Assembly: GCA_030167865.1 (NCBI GenBank)
Contig: JALAGF010003319.1
Coordinates: 1-44,487 of the forward strand
Source of the DNA: Craspedostauros australis
Taxonomy: Eukaryota
Direction: 5' to 3'
DNA length: 44,487 nucleotides
A model generated the notes under the pieces. The model saw nothing but the letters and a program-made list of their open reading frames with translations, made no database searches and had not been told where the DNA came from. Positions 1 to 9,629 of this stretch are shown here, piece after piece (the first letter of the stretch is position 1; every line of letters starts with the position of its first letter). The position numbers and the translations under genes were made by a program.

Positions 1-22
1 CAATCGCTGTGCATGACAACAG

Positions 23-1239
23 CACGTCTCCGGAACGATCGGAGCGTCCGACAACAACGTGGGAGTCATCGGCGTGGCACCCGAAGCCAAGATCTTCACC
101 GTCCGTGTCTTCAACGATCAAGGGATCTTCAGCTCCGACTTGATGAAGGCGGCAGCGCAGTGTGTCGACGGAGGCGCCGATATCATCAGCATGAGTTTGG
201 GAGGAGGAGGCTCCAGCAGTAGAGAGCGCGCCTTCTTCGAGCAGCTGTACAGCCAGGGCATCCTGTCCGTGGCAGCCTCTGGCAACTCCGGAGGAACGAC
301 CAACGCCGTCAACTACCCAGCAGCGTACGATATCGTCGTGAGCGTGGCAGCGGTGGATTCTTCCAAGAACTTGGCTAGCTTCTCCACTCGCAACAACCGT
401 GTGGATCTCGCTGCGCCAGGAGTCGACGTGCGCAGCACCTGGAACAACGGACGTTACGCCACGATCAGTGGAACGAGCATGGTAAGTGTGAAGACACGCA
501 GATGCTGTTTACTGTGGTTGGACCATGCAGAGCCAGTCGCCAATCATACATACTGTATTTCATTATGTGATCGAATACCAATGACTGTCATTGCCAACAA
601 TCATCTAACCATGCCTGCTACTACAATCCCACACTTGCTCTTCTCCACACCATTCATATTCACTCTCGATCGCAACAGGCATGCCCACATGTGAGCGGAG
701 TGGCAGCACTGCTCAGAAGCTACGACAAGAATCTGACCACCGCAGAACTCTTCACCGCCCTCACATCCACAGCCGAAGATCGTGGACCCAGTGGCAAGGA
801 CAGCAGCTTCGGTCATGGTATCGTCGATGCGTTGGCCGCCATCGAATCTCTGGGCGACAGCAGCGGCGGCGATAACAGCGATGAAAACGGTGGCGGCGGT
901 GACAACAGCGGTAACGACGGTGCCGACGATCTCCCATGCCTCGAAATTCGCGTCGACATCCGCTTGGACCTATTCCCAGGAGACATCAGCCACTCCTTGC
1001 GCAATCTGGCAACCGGAGAGGAAGTGTGGAAGGAGGATAGCTACCGCCCCTTCGAACGCGATACCCAGACCGTGTGCGTCGATCGCCTATCGTGCTGGCG
1101 TTACGAGATCGTGGACAGCTACGGCGATGGATTGCTCGGCTACGGCGGTATCGCCTTGAGCGAGGATGGTGAGGTGCTGTACCGCGGCGGTAACTTCGGC
1201 ACTGGCGGGTACCGCGATTTCGGACTGGGCTGTGAGTAA
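23..1239 (+). CDS. Subtilisin-like serine protease (peptidase S8), 5'-partial; exons 23-481 and 679-1239; C-terminal DSYGDG-type beta domain
   Basis: After acceptor AG at 21-22 the frame reads HVSGTIGA..NNVGVIGVAP (second half of the HGTHVxG His motif), IISMSLGG, VAASGN (oxyanion Asn), YPAAY and DLAAPG. Removing a GT-AG intron at 482-678 joins GTSM|ACPHVSGVAALL, the catalytic Ser motif. Upstream exons lie outside the window. Confidence 0.95.
482..678 (+). other. Spliceosomal intron in the subtilisin gene (phase 0)
   Basis: GTAAGT donor at 482, CAG acceptor ending 678; splicing restores GTSMACPHV. Confidence 0.93.
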
Positions 1240-1683
1240 ATGCGATACGATGTGATGGAATGGAAGGCAGACAGATGCTGGCGGAAGCTGTCATGGGTCT
1301 GCTCTGCACACACACATACTCGTAGTATGCCAATGCGACGATACTGAATAGAGTAGAGTAGAGTAGAGTACGTATCTTAATTAGGACCATACAATACATG
1401 CAATTGGATGTTATCCTCCACTTTCTTCTTCTTGATTAGAGTAGAGCGCTGCGTATGCCATTGCCTGTCGCTGCCACCTTCTACGGTGTGCTGAAACTTT
1501 CGCACGATCAATCCACATCTGTTCGGAGGCACATGCTGATGAGCCGAGCGGTGTCGAACATCGTGACCCGCTGCCGCGCAAGCAAGGAACTCTTACCTCT
1601 CTTCCATCTTTGACACAAACAATGTATTATATGTGGGTAATGGTCGCTACTGTAAACTGAATCGTAGTTGTTGTTGAAGGCGT

Positions 1684-2742
1684 TTACAGAATGAAGGAGG
1701 TGGCGATCATGGCAGCCACGAATGCGCCAACAATAGTGGAACGCAGGAAGGCGGCCTCGGAATCGTCGCCATCCTTCTTCTCGCCCTCCGTACTGGCATC
1801 AGTGTCTCCTCCAGTGCCGCCATCGTCACTGTTGCCTCCAGTGTTGCCATCGTCACTAGTACTACCGGTGTTACCAGCATCGCTGTCATCCGTGATCTTC
1901 CCATCCTGCACGTCAAGGTAGATACCTTCAACGCAACCGAAGTAGTCGATGTTCTGCGCCAACGCCGTGGCAGCATCCTGACTCGGCAGGACACCAGGAG
2001 TCTTCTCGATGCATCGCTTTGTGAGGACATCCGCATCGACGGTGGACGCGTGACTGGCATCCAAACGACGACTACGACGCCGCGCCGTGCACACAAAATC
2101 GCATGGCTGCGGCGTCGATTCGACCACGTTGTTGACGATGCACTCGCCCAACGCTTCGACCTCATCGAGACATTGCGGACAGCATCCGACGTTGGTGCAG
2201 AAGGGATCCATGATGGAGGTCTGGATGCTGGGACACTCGTCGAACGTCGTGGCCTTGTCGATGAGGTCCGTCCAGTTGTTGCGTTGCACGTCGGCGCACG
2301 AGGCTTCGCACGTTTCGGCGTTGTCGACGGCGCACTGCGCCAAGGCCGTCATGGTCTCGTTGACACATGGGTGGATGGAGTCGATGAGCTCCTCATAGCG
2401 CTGCTTGACGCAGCTGATCATGGGATCGAAGCAGTCCGTCACGAGATCCGTGAGGTCCTGGAAGAAGTTGCTGTTCGTCGTGATGGACTGGAAGCCGTCG
2501 GTCAAGCATGTAGTCAGGGAGGACACCGTCGTGTTGGTGCCTTCGCCGAAGCAGACGGAGTAGTCGGTCGTGGTGTCCGAGATGCAGGTGGCCACATCGA
2601 TGAGGCTGCTCATGTCCTGGCAGGATGGAGATTGGAAGATTTTCAGCTTGTCGCCATCCTCGGCAGCGACGAAGGAGCCTGCTGTTGCCAGCAGCACGGT
2701 CGGCGCCAGCAGCAAAGACTTCATGGTCATTGGCTTCATCAT
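1684..2742 (-). CDS. Secreted cysteine-rich cell-surface protein, probable GPI anchor or C-terminal membrane anchor (start Met uncertain, 2724-2751)
   Basis: Signal peptide MKSLLLAPTVLLATAGSFVAA, >20 Cys in the mature region, polybasic RRRSRRL site, Gly/Asp/Thr linker repeats (DDGNTGG), and terminal hydrophobic TIVGAFVAAMIATSFIL with no cytosolic tail. Confidence 0.8.
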   Translation of the reverse strand: MMKPMTMKSLLLAPTVLLATAGSFVAAEDGDKLKIFQSPSCQDMSSLIDVATCISDTTTDYSVCFGEGTNTTVSSLTTCLTDGFQSITTNSNFFQDLTDLVTDCFDPMISCVKQRYEELIDSIHPCVNETMTALAQCAVDNAETCEASCADVQRNNWTDLIDKATTFDECPSIQTSIMDPFCTNVGCCPQCLDEVEALGECIVNNVVESTPQPCDFVCTARRRSRRLDASHASTVDADVLTKRCIEKTPGVLPSQDAATALAQNIDYFGCVEGIYLDVQDGKITDDSDAGNTGSTSDDGNTGGNSDDGGTGGDTDASTEGEKKDGDDSEAAFLRSTIVGAFVAAMIATSFIL

Positions 2743-3019
2743 GTTGTGCATCAGTGTGTGTGACTGTGTGACTGAGATGGGCCGTTGGGTTGGAGATGTA
2801 GATAGGAGCCTGATCAGCGAGTCGACCAACGGAGTTCAAGTTCACTTCAGAACAGACTACCTGCAACTTTAGTGTGTCCCATGTCGTTCTTTGAAATTCA
2901 TTTTGGCGCGAAATCTTCCAACTACGACAACAGCGAATCCTCCTTTCTCTTTTCCTCGTTTATCCATTCACGGATCATCGCTGACTCAAATTACTCGATT
3001 GACTCGATCCAAGCTGTTC

Positions 3020-3800
3020 TGGGAACTGTATGCTCCCCTGAATCCTTGTATTGCAACTTGTCTCGATTCCCTTGTCAGCTATAACACCTGCCACCTCTAC
3101 TCAATAACAATGAGGAGATCCAACCTGCTTCAACACAAGCAGGGAATCCAACTGTAGTTCCTATCACCTGTCCGCTGTACCTTCACCTGCAACCTCAACA
3201 AGATGCCAAGCTCTTGTACTTGAATGCAGGAAGACTACTGCAGATGGTGAGAGCAACAGAGAGCAAGGAGCCCTGTCTGTTATCAACACTGAACCTCTGA
3301 GGATCAGTGCAGAGCAACACCAGCGATGTGAACATCATTTTGTCATCCTACATTCACCATCTGATCAACTCACAATGCAGAACTATCCAAATAACAAATA
3401 GCACAACTCAAGATCAGTACAACAACACTTATCTACTCATTGTCAACACTACAACTTTCTAGATGGTCATCCCTTGCTACCTGCATCAACAGCTTCCTTC
3501 GAAACTGGCAGGTAGCAAGGTTTTCCCTTCCAGATCGTGTCACAACAGCACCCAAAAATCCAACTCTACTCGTGAAGTAGTAGGTCAATACAAGAGGAGA
3601 CAATCGAGTGTATATCGAGTATGCAATAATGCGCAGTAGTAACACAAACAAGAAAGAGAGAGAGAGGAACACGAGAAACAGCCAGAGAGCATCTCGCATA
3701 CCAACTCATAGTCAGGAGACTCCAAGAGCATTGGGAGACAACAGGCCCTGAGAGACATTGGGCCATCGGAACAACCACGTATCGTCAGTAGAGCAAAGAG
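3020..3800. mobile_element. Probable degenerate transposable-element remnant (CpG-depleted, no intact ORF); boundaries approximate
   Basis: About 3 CG dinucleotides in 3061-3480 versus several per 60-bp line in flanking genes; TG/CA-rich; stop-riddled frames. No RT or transposase motif recognised. Confidence 0.4.
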
Positions 3801-5015
3801 TCTCCGTGCGCGGAACTTGCCATCACAGGGCGATGACTAGTGGATGCAGCTGTTGGCCCCAGAGCACTGGCCTGTGCAACAAATTGTCCCAACCGTTGCA
3901 GTGTGGTGCTCCTGCCAGCTGGGTCATATGTCAGTCGAACGGCGAAGGGGCTGTGACCCTTGCTTCTCCCGCCCCCACAAATTCTCGTCCCAGCAGCGGA
4001 GCGCCGCCCAGTTGATCTTGTTGCCTGGCGTAGACTTCAGGCGATAGCTACGTACAAAAAGGCCAAGGCGCGAAGGCGTATGGCGTGTCCCCGTAGCGGA
4101 AGTACTGGCTGTATTGGGGGAGGGGGAGCGCTGTGAGGCGCATGCCGCTCCTTCGTTTGGAGTTTATTGGTGGCATGCAAATCCCACACTGCCCCTTGGG
4201 GCGCCTACCCGATTGGGTCGCGTTGCGGCCTATGTGCTGTCGAAGGCACACAGGAAACTGCTCGGTACGTGTTTTCCTCCCTCGGCGGCCTGGTTCACAA
4301 ACGATGAAGGAAAATAAGGAATCTCTTCAGATGGTGGAACAAAATGTTAGGACACAATTTCTGCAAAGAGTCAGAGCCGCAATGGAAGGACTAGTACAAT
4401 AAAATAGCATTGAAATTGACATCGACGATCCTTCTTTTGGCGATACCAACCAAGGCGCCAACACACCGAATCTGTTCGGAGTGGGCTAGTCGTGTCTAGA
4501 TGAGCGCAAATCGAGGGGTCGAAAAAATTAAAATAAGACCTTAGAGCAAGATCGACGTTGACTCCGCATCTTACAATTATATCTAGTCATGGGTATGTGG
4601 TTGAAAGCCCTGTATGTTGCCGACACCCCAGGACGGACTGCAGGTTCCATCACTCAAGTGGGTCATACGTGCCTTGTTGGCTCCTCTTCGCCGTCCGGAA
4701 AGGACTGATTCACGAGTCGAGTCATGAAGAGCCACGTCACGAAAGATCTTGTTCTCTTTTCTGTTTTCGTTCTTTGTGCTGTTACGAGGCCATGGTGTTC
4801 GCTGTGGTCGTGGTGGTTGATGTCATCTTGGTGGGCACTGCTGCTCTCCTGACACAGCATCTACTGCCTGCCTTCTTCACTTGGCTTCACCTCTTCTTGC
4901 CTCTGCTATTCTTGACTCCCGGACTCTGCGTCATTGACGACCATACCAACGAGTACTCGCACATACATAGACTCCTGATCCTTCCCTCTCCCTCTTGCAA
5001 CACTATCCTTCCACC

Positions 5016-5558
5016 ATGTCCATCGCTTGCCGTCTGACCATGCTGTTCGCCATCGCGGCGGTTTCCGTGTCTGCCTTTGTGCCTTCCTTCTCTACATCGC
5101 AGACCATGACGAGAACAACGGCAACAGCACCGACGACAACGCAGCAACGCCGCGCCGCCGTTGCGCGTCTTCTGGCCATCAAGCAGAACGGCGAGAACGA
5201 CGACTTCCCCTCCAACGAGGGATACGAAGGATCCGTCGATTGGGATGCCGAATGGAAGAAGGTCGTCGACAACAAGGACGAATCCAGCACGCAACGTCCC
5301 GGCAAGGACTTCTACAAGAGCGACGCCGAGATTGCGGCCATCAAGGCGACCAACACGGCCGCCGAGCGCGCCGCCGAAGTCAGTTACAAAGTGCAGTCGT
5401 CGCTGCCGTCCATGGGCAGTCTCACGGGTGATTGGAAGTTCTGGATCGGGGTGTTGGCCATCATCAGCATTGGGATTTCGGTTCTGACGGCGCCGTCCGG
5501 CGTGGTTGTGCCGCCGGCCGACGTGGCAGGTGCTTCTGCGGACTCTTACTTCATTTGA
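5016..5558 (+). CDS. Small nucleus-encoded plastid protein with one C-terminal TM helix, function unknown (180 aa)
   Basis: Signal peptide ending VSVSA|FVP (ASAFAP-type), Thr/Ser/Arg-rich transit peptide, core GSVDWDAEWKK, hydrophobic FWIGVLAIISIGISVLTA. Confidence 0.85.
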   Translation: MSIACRLTMLFAIAAVSVSAFVPSFSTSQTMTRTTATAPTTTQQRRAAVARLLAIKQNGENDDFPSNEGYEGSVDWDAEWKKVVDNKDESSTQRPGKDFYKSDAEIAAIKATNTAAERAAEVSYKVQSSLPSMGSLTGDWKFWIGVLAIISIGISVLTAPSGVVVPPADVAGASADSYFI

Positions 5559-6008
5559 GTATCTATTCAAATACCTCTCGTACTCGTACTGATACTCGTA
5601 CCCGTACCCGTACACGTACCCGTTCCATTGTCATACTACACACATATTAGGTCGTACTCGTAGCAATACAGAGCATCTAAAGAGTGTCTCCTCTCGGGCG
5701 AAATACGAAACATACACTCTGGTGGTGCGATATGCACGACGGATGATTATGATGATGATGAAGAAGCAAGCAAGCAGCAACGTTCAAATACAGATCGCCA
5801 ACCGTGATGAAAGAAAAATACACGTAACATTGCATTGCATTATATAAGGACAATACATCGCGCTTTTCTACGTTCTCAAGACACACGATGCGAGTTGTGT
5901 GAATGTACAACATGAATGTGTGTATGCGCGTTCCCGCCCTGCACATATAGTATCAATAGCATTGTGATGGTGTTCGTCTTTCACCCCGCTGTAGAATTTG
6001 TTTTGGCC

Positions 6009-8966
6009 TCACTTCTTCCCATCAGCATGCCCGCTGTCAGCATTGTCATCCTCCGGTTTCCGCAGCCTCGGTTTCTTCCCCACGACAGGCTTCGAAGCAG
6101 CCTGCGGCTTTGCAGTCTGCTTCAACTCCCCCTCGTCCCCGTCGCCTTCTTCTTCATCCTTGCCTGCTTCTTGCTCGTCTTCTTCGTCTTCCTCCGGTAT
6201 CGCCTCGACCTTCCGTTTGGCTTGCTTGGTCACGTCGTACAGGAACATGGAAATGCCCAAGAGCCCACCCTCTTCGCCGCCACCCGCGATGGCAATACAT
6301 CGATTGTTGTCGGATTTGACGATCTCGGCAGCGTAGATCGGATACGAATCGTCGGCACGCAGGATGGCCATCGGAGATGGCACGTTGTCCTGGGAGTGGG
6401 AATCCCACAGGCAGACGGAACCATCGACGCTCCACGATAGCAGCAGATCGTCCGTGATGTACCGCGAACCGAAGAGGGGGCGTCCGGGTTGGTGACCACC
6501 TTCCATGATGGCCGTGCATTCGGCGACCACGCTGTCGGCGTTCCAGGTGAGGGACCACGTGATGAGATGTCCGGTCGCAACGCAGGTGGCCAGGCGTTGA
6601 CCGGTGCTGTCCCAGCAGAAGGATGTGAGGTGGGATTGGCAGCCGGGGAGGCTCAGGATGGAGACGCAGATGCCGCGGCCGTTGACCAAGCGCAGGGAAC
6701 CGTCGGACAGTGCGACGCCGAGCAGTCCGTTGGCGTCGCAGTAGGTTGCGTCGAAGACGTACACGATGTTTTCGGGGTTGCGCTCGCCGCCGAATACTCT
6801 GGACTTCATTGCGGCAGCCGCGGCACTAGGCTTGATGCCATGGCCTTCCTCATAGTGTTGGTGCGGAAGCTGCAAACCGTCCTGCGTCACACTGCAAACG
6901 CGCACGCCGGATCCATACTGCTCCATGCCGCTGAAGTGGATGCTCATGACCTCCTTCAGAGTGATCGTCGACTCCTGCTCACGGATCATATGGGCAATGT
7001 CCTGTCCCTGTGGCAGTTCTTGCACGAACGGCTCCTCCGCGATTTCCCAAATGTGGATGTAGTCATCCGACGATGTCATGAGGAACGAGTTTTGTCGTGC
7101 TTGCATCGTGGGCGCTGGATTCGTCGTGAAAGCCCTCCAGTGATCGATGAATTGCAATGTGTAGACCTGCGGCTTATCATCCTTCTGCTTTTCTTTGTCT
7201 TTGTCTTTGCCTTCGACTTTGTCATTTGTTTTGTCGTCGTTGCCACCCAACAGAGACCAATGATCAATCGTCGCGCAGCAGTTCCACCGGTCTTTGTTGG
7301 CCTTCAGTTCGTCGAAGGGATCTTCGCAGTTCCACAACTTGACAGCCGAATCTGCGCCACCTGTGGCGAGCAGATACTTGAAGGACCTCGTGCGATCCAA
7401 CGTCGACCCTGATGTCGCCCAATCCGACGAGGCCCATGCCACGCGCAGGCATTCATGATCCTTGCTGTGACCCGTGAGCGTGGCCAAGAGAGCGTTCTTG
7501 CGCACGTCCCATATGCCCGCCGTCGCATCCTGACACGACGTGGCGCACAATCTGCCGCAATCGGAAAAGCTTACGTCAAAGATCTTTTCCTTGTGTCCCA
7601 GACACACGCGTTCGTTGTTGGCAAAGGCATCGATGATCGGTTCCGCCGCGATGAGAGCGTGCTTGCGCACCATGACGGTTGGGCGGCCTGGCGTGATGTC
7701 TGACCCGGCCTGTCGTTCCATGGTGTCCAAGAAGTGATGCTGGTCGCCGTCCAAATTCAAATCCGCCAGCTGCAAGAGTTCGTCTGCCGGATCGGCGTGC
7801 TGCAGCTGTTGTTGTTGTTGTTGTTGTTGTTGTTGCTCCTGTTGCAACTGTGCCAGCTCCGCCTCCAACTCGGCCAACTGCCCGGCGACTTCTTCGGTGG
7901 TCAATATGGGAACTAGCTTTGGATCCAACGGATTGATGCCGTCGTCTTGCTCGTCACAGAGTTGGCAAAAGAGGTAGGTCGGCAGAAAGTCAGTGTTACC
8001 GTCAAATACAGGTGGATCGGCACCGTGGTCCAACACAGGCGGATTGACGTCGTCGTCTTGCGGAGCCTCCACAGAGGTGCCCAATGCAGCTTCGAAGAAT
8101 GGATCGTCGTTCTCGTGATTGAAGGTTTGATCGTAGTTGTTGTTGTTGCTGTTGCTGTTGCGGACGTCGTCGTCGTCGTGCCAGTCCTCGAGCAGACCGT
8201 CTTGTGGCAGATCACCGTCTCCCACAGCGAACGGGTCGAGCTTCAAGTTATGGAATCCTTCGAGGAGCAGATCGGTCAGATCCGGCGATGAGGATTGTGG
8301 ATCGTCGTAGCTCTGCTGTTGTTCGTTGTGCGGCGATGCCACCTGCTCGTCAGTCGGTGATCCTACAATGGGATCGTGGTCAAAGATCCTGTCAAAGCTG
8401 TGATTGACCGTGGACGCGAGCAGGTAATCGGCAACGTCCAAATCGTCGACGTCAATGTTGGGCAACCAGATGCCGTCGTCGCTGTTGTCGTCCGGAGACC
8501 GCGCGTTGGTGAAGTCGCCTTCCCCGCTGATATGAAGCAGCGCCGCCACGAGATCGTCGTCTTGCGTGAACACTCCGATGGGATCCTCGTTGTCAAAGTC
8601 CTCCAACCGCTTTGGTTCCAAGGCGATGCAGTCAAGGAGCAGGCGTTCGTCGTTGCTGTCCTCGAAGGAAGGCGTCGCAGTGTCACCGTCCGTTGCTGTC
8701 GCTGTTGCTGCGTCGTCCGACTCCACACTCTTCACGAGCTGCTCTTGCAGTGGATGGGAGCCGCCGTCGTCGCTGCTGATGTTGCCGTCGCTGCTGATGT
8801 TGCCGTCGCTGCTGATGTTGCCAGTGCTATTGCCGCCACTGCTCTTGTTCGCACTACTTACAACCGTACCAATACGCGTGCGAGTATTGTTCACGATATC
8901 CTCGCCTTGATGATCGTCGCACAGCTGCAACTTCGATAGCGTGTCTTCCAACGAAGGATCCGTCAT
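6009..8966 (-). CDS. WD40-repeat beta-propeller protein with a long acidic, disordered N-terminus
   Basis: Uninterrupted ~985-aa ORF from MTDPSL. GH..WD repeats: GHKEKIFDVSF..QDATAGIWD, GHSKDHE..ADSAVKLWN, SDDYIHIWE, GHQPGRP..DGSVCLWD. Also polyQ and an acidic/basic tail. Confidence 0.88.
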   Translation of the reverse strand: MTDPSLEDTLSKLQLCDDHQGEDIVNNTRTRIGTVVSSANKSSGGNSTGNISSDGNISSDGNISSDDGGSHPLQEQLVKSVESDDAATATATDGDTATPSFEDSNDERLLLDCIALEPKRLEDFDNEDPIGVFTQDDDLVAALLHISGEGDFTNARSPDDNSDDGIWLPNIDVDDLDVADYLLASTVNHSFDRIFDHDPIVGSPTDEQVASPHNEQQQSYDDPQSSSPDLTDLLLEGFHNLKLDPFAVGDGDLPQDGLLEDWHDDDDVRNSNSNNNNYDQTFNHENDDPFFEAALGTSVEAPQDDDVNPPVLDHGADPPVFDGNTDFLPTYLFCQLCDEQDDGINPLDPKLVPILTTEEVAGQLAELEAELAQLQQEQQQQQQQQQQLQHADPADELLQLADLNLDGDQHHFLDTMERQAGSDITPGRPTVMVRKHALIAAEPIIDAFANNERVCLGHKEKIFDVSFSDCGRLCATSCQDATAGIWDVRKNALLATLTGHSKDHECLRVAWASSDWATSGSTLDRTRSFKYLLATGGADSAVKLWNCEDPFDELKANKDRWNCCATIDHWSLLGGNDDKTNDKVEGKDKDKEKQKDDKPQVYTLQFIDHWRAFTTNPAPTMQARQNSFLMTSSDDYIHIWEIAEEPFVQELPQGQDIAHMIREQESTITLKEVMSIHFSGMEQYGSGVRVCSVTQDGLQLPHQHYEEGHGIKPSAAAAAMKSRVFGGERNPENIVYVFDATYCDANGLLGVALSDGSLRLVNGRGICVSILSLPGCQSHLTSFCWDSTGQRLATCVATGHLITWSLTWNADSVVAECTAIMEGGHQPGRPLFGSRYITDDLLLSWSVDGSVCLWDSHSQDNVPSPMAILRADDSYPIYAAEIVKSDNNRCIAIAGGGEEGGLLGISMFLYDVTKQAKRKVEAIPEEDEEDEQEAGKDEEEGDGDEGELKQTAKPQAASKPVVGKKPRLRKPEDDNADSGHADGKK
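8769..8822. repeat. 18-bp tandem repeat x3 (coding GNISSD)
   Basis: GTCGCTGCTGATGTTGCC, three perfect copies within the WD40 gene. Confidence 0.95.
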
Positions 8967-9629
8967 GGGGACTCTTGTTGCAGTATGGTTACGCGCACGA
9001 GCTATTGCGCAAGTATGAACAGAGCGGCGGTCAACACAAGACAAGCCTCTCTCTCTCGTTCTTTCTTTATGGCTTCACTCGATGCACCATGGTACATTTA
9101 CAATGGGCCTCTCCGCAGACAATGCGCGGGTTTGCGTGCTGTGCACACATGGTGCCAACATGTCATTGTTTTTCTTGGCCTGTTTGTGTGTGTTTGCAGT
9201 TCCCTCCAACTCGTCTGTCGTCGTCCGGAACAACCACCTTCGCAAACGGTTACGGTTGAATTTTGAATTAGAAATTCAAGTGACAGAACCACCAACAGTC
9301 CATCGGTCGTACGTCTATGACCTAATAGCACCATAGTCGTACCGATCCGCACCCTCGCTCCTATTGCCATACTTCAATTGGTCAGACTCTTCCTTATGTG
9401 CATCTACATTTTAGACGATTATAATAATAGTATGTACCTATACAAAAGCACAGCAGTGCTCCGTGATGTTGGAAGCATCAACCGCCATTTCTCACTCCAC
9501 AATGAACGAGAACTGCATAGTGCGTTTTGCACGCACGTGTTTTCTCCATCAACCAAGTGATCGCATTGCCGACCACGTCGGTGCTCCTACTCGTATTCGT
9601 ACGATACGAATAGAGTGCTCTCCCCCTGT

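Noticed and set aside
4521..4541. Similarity to the reverse complement of 44043-44060 as transposon terminal repeats
   Set aside because: Only ~15 AT-rich bases match, 40 kb apart across ordinary genes; expected by chance.
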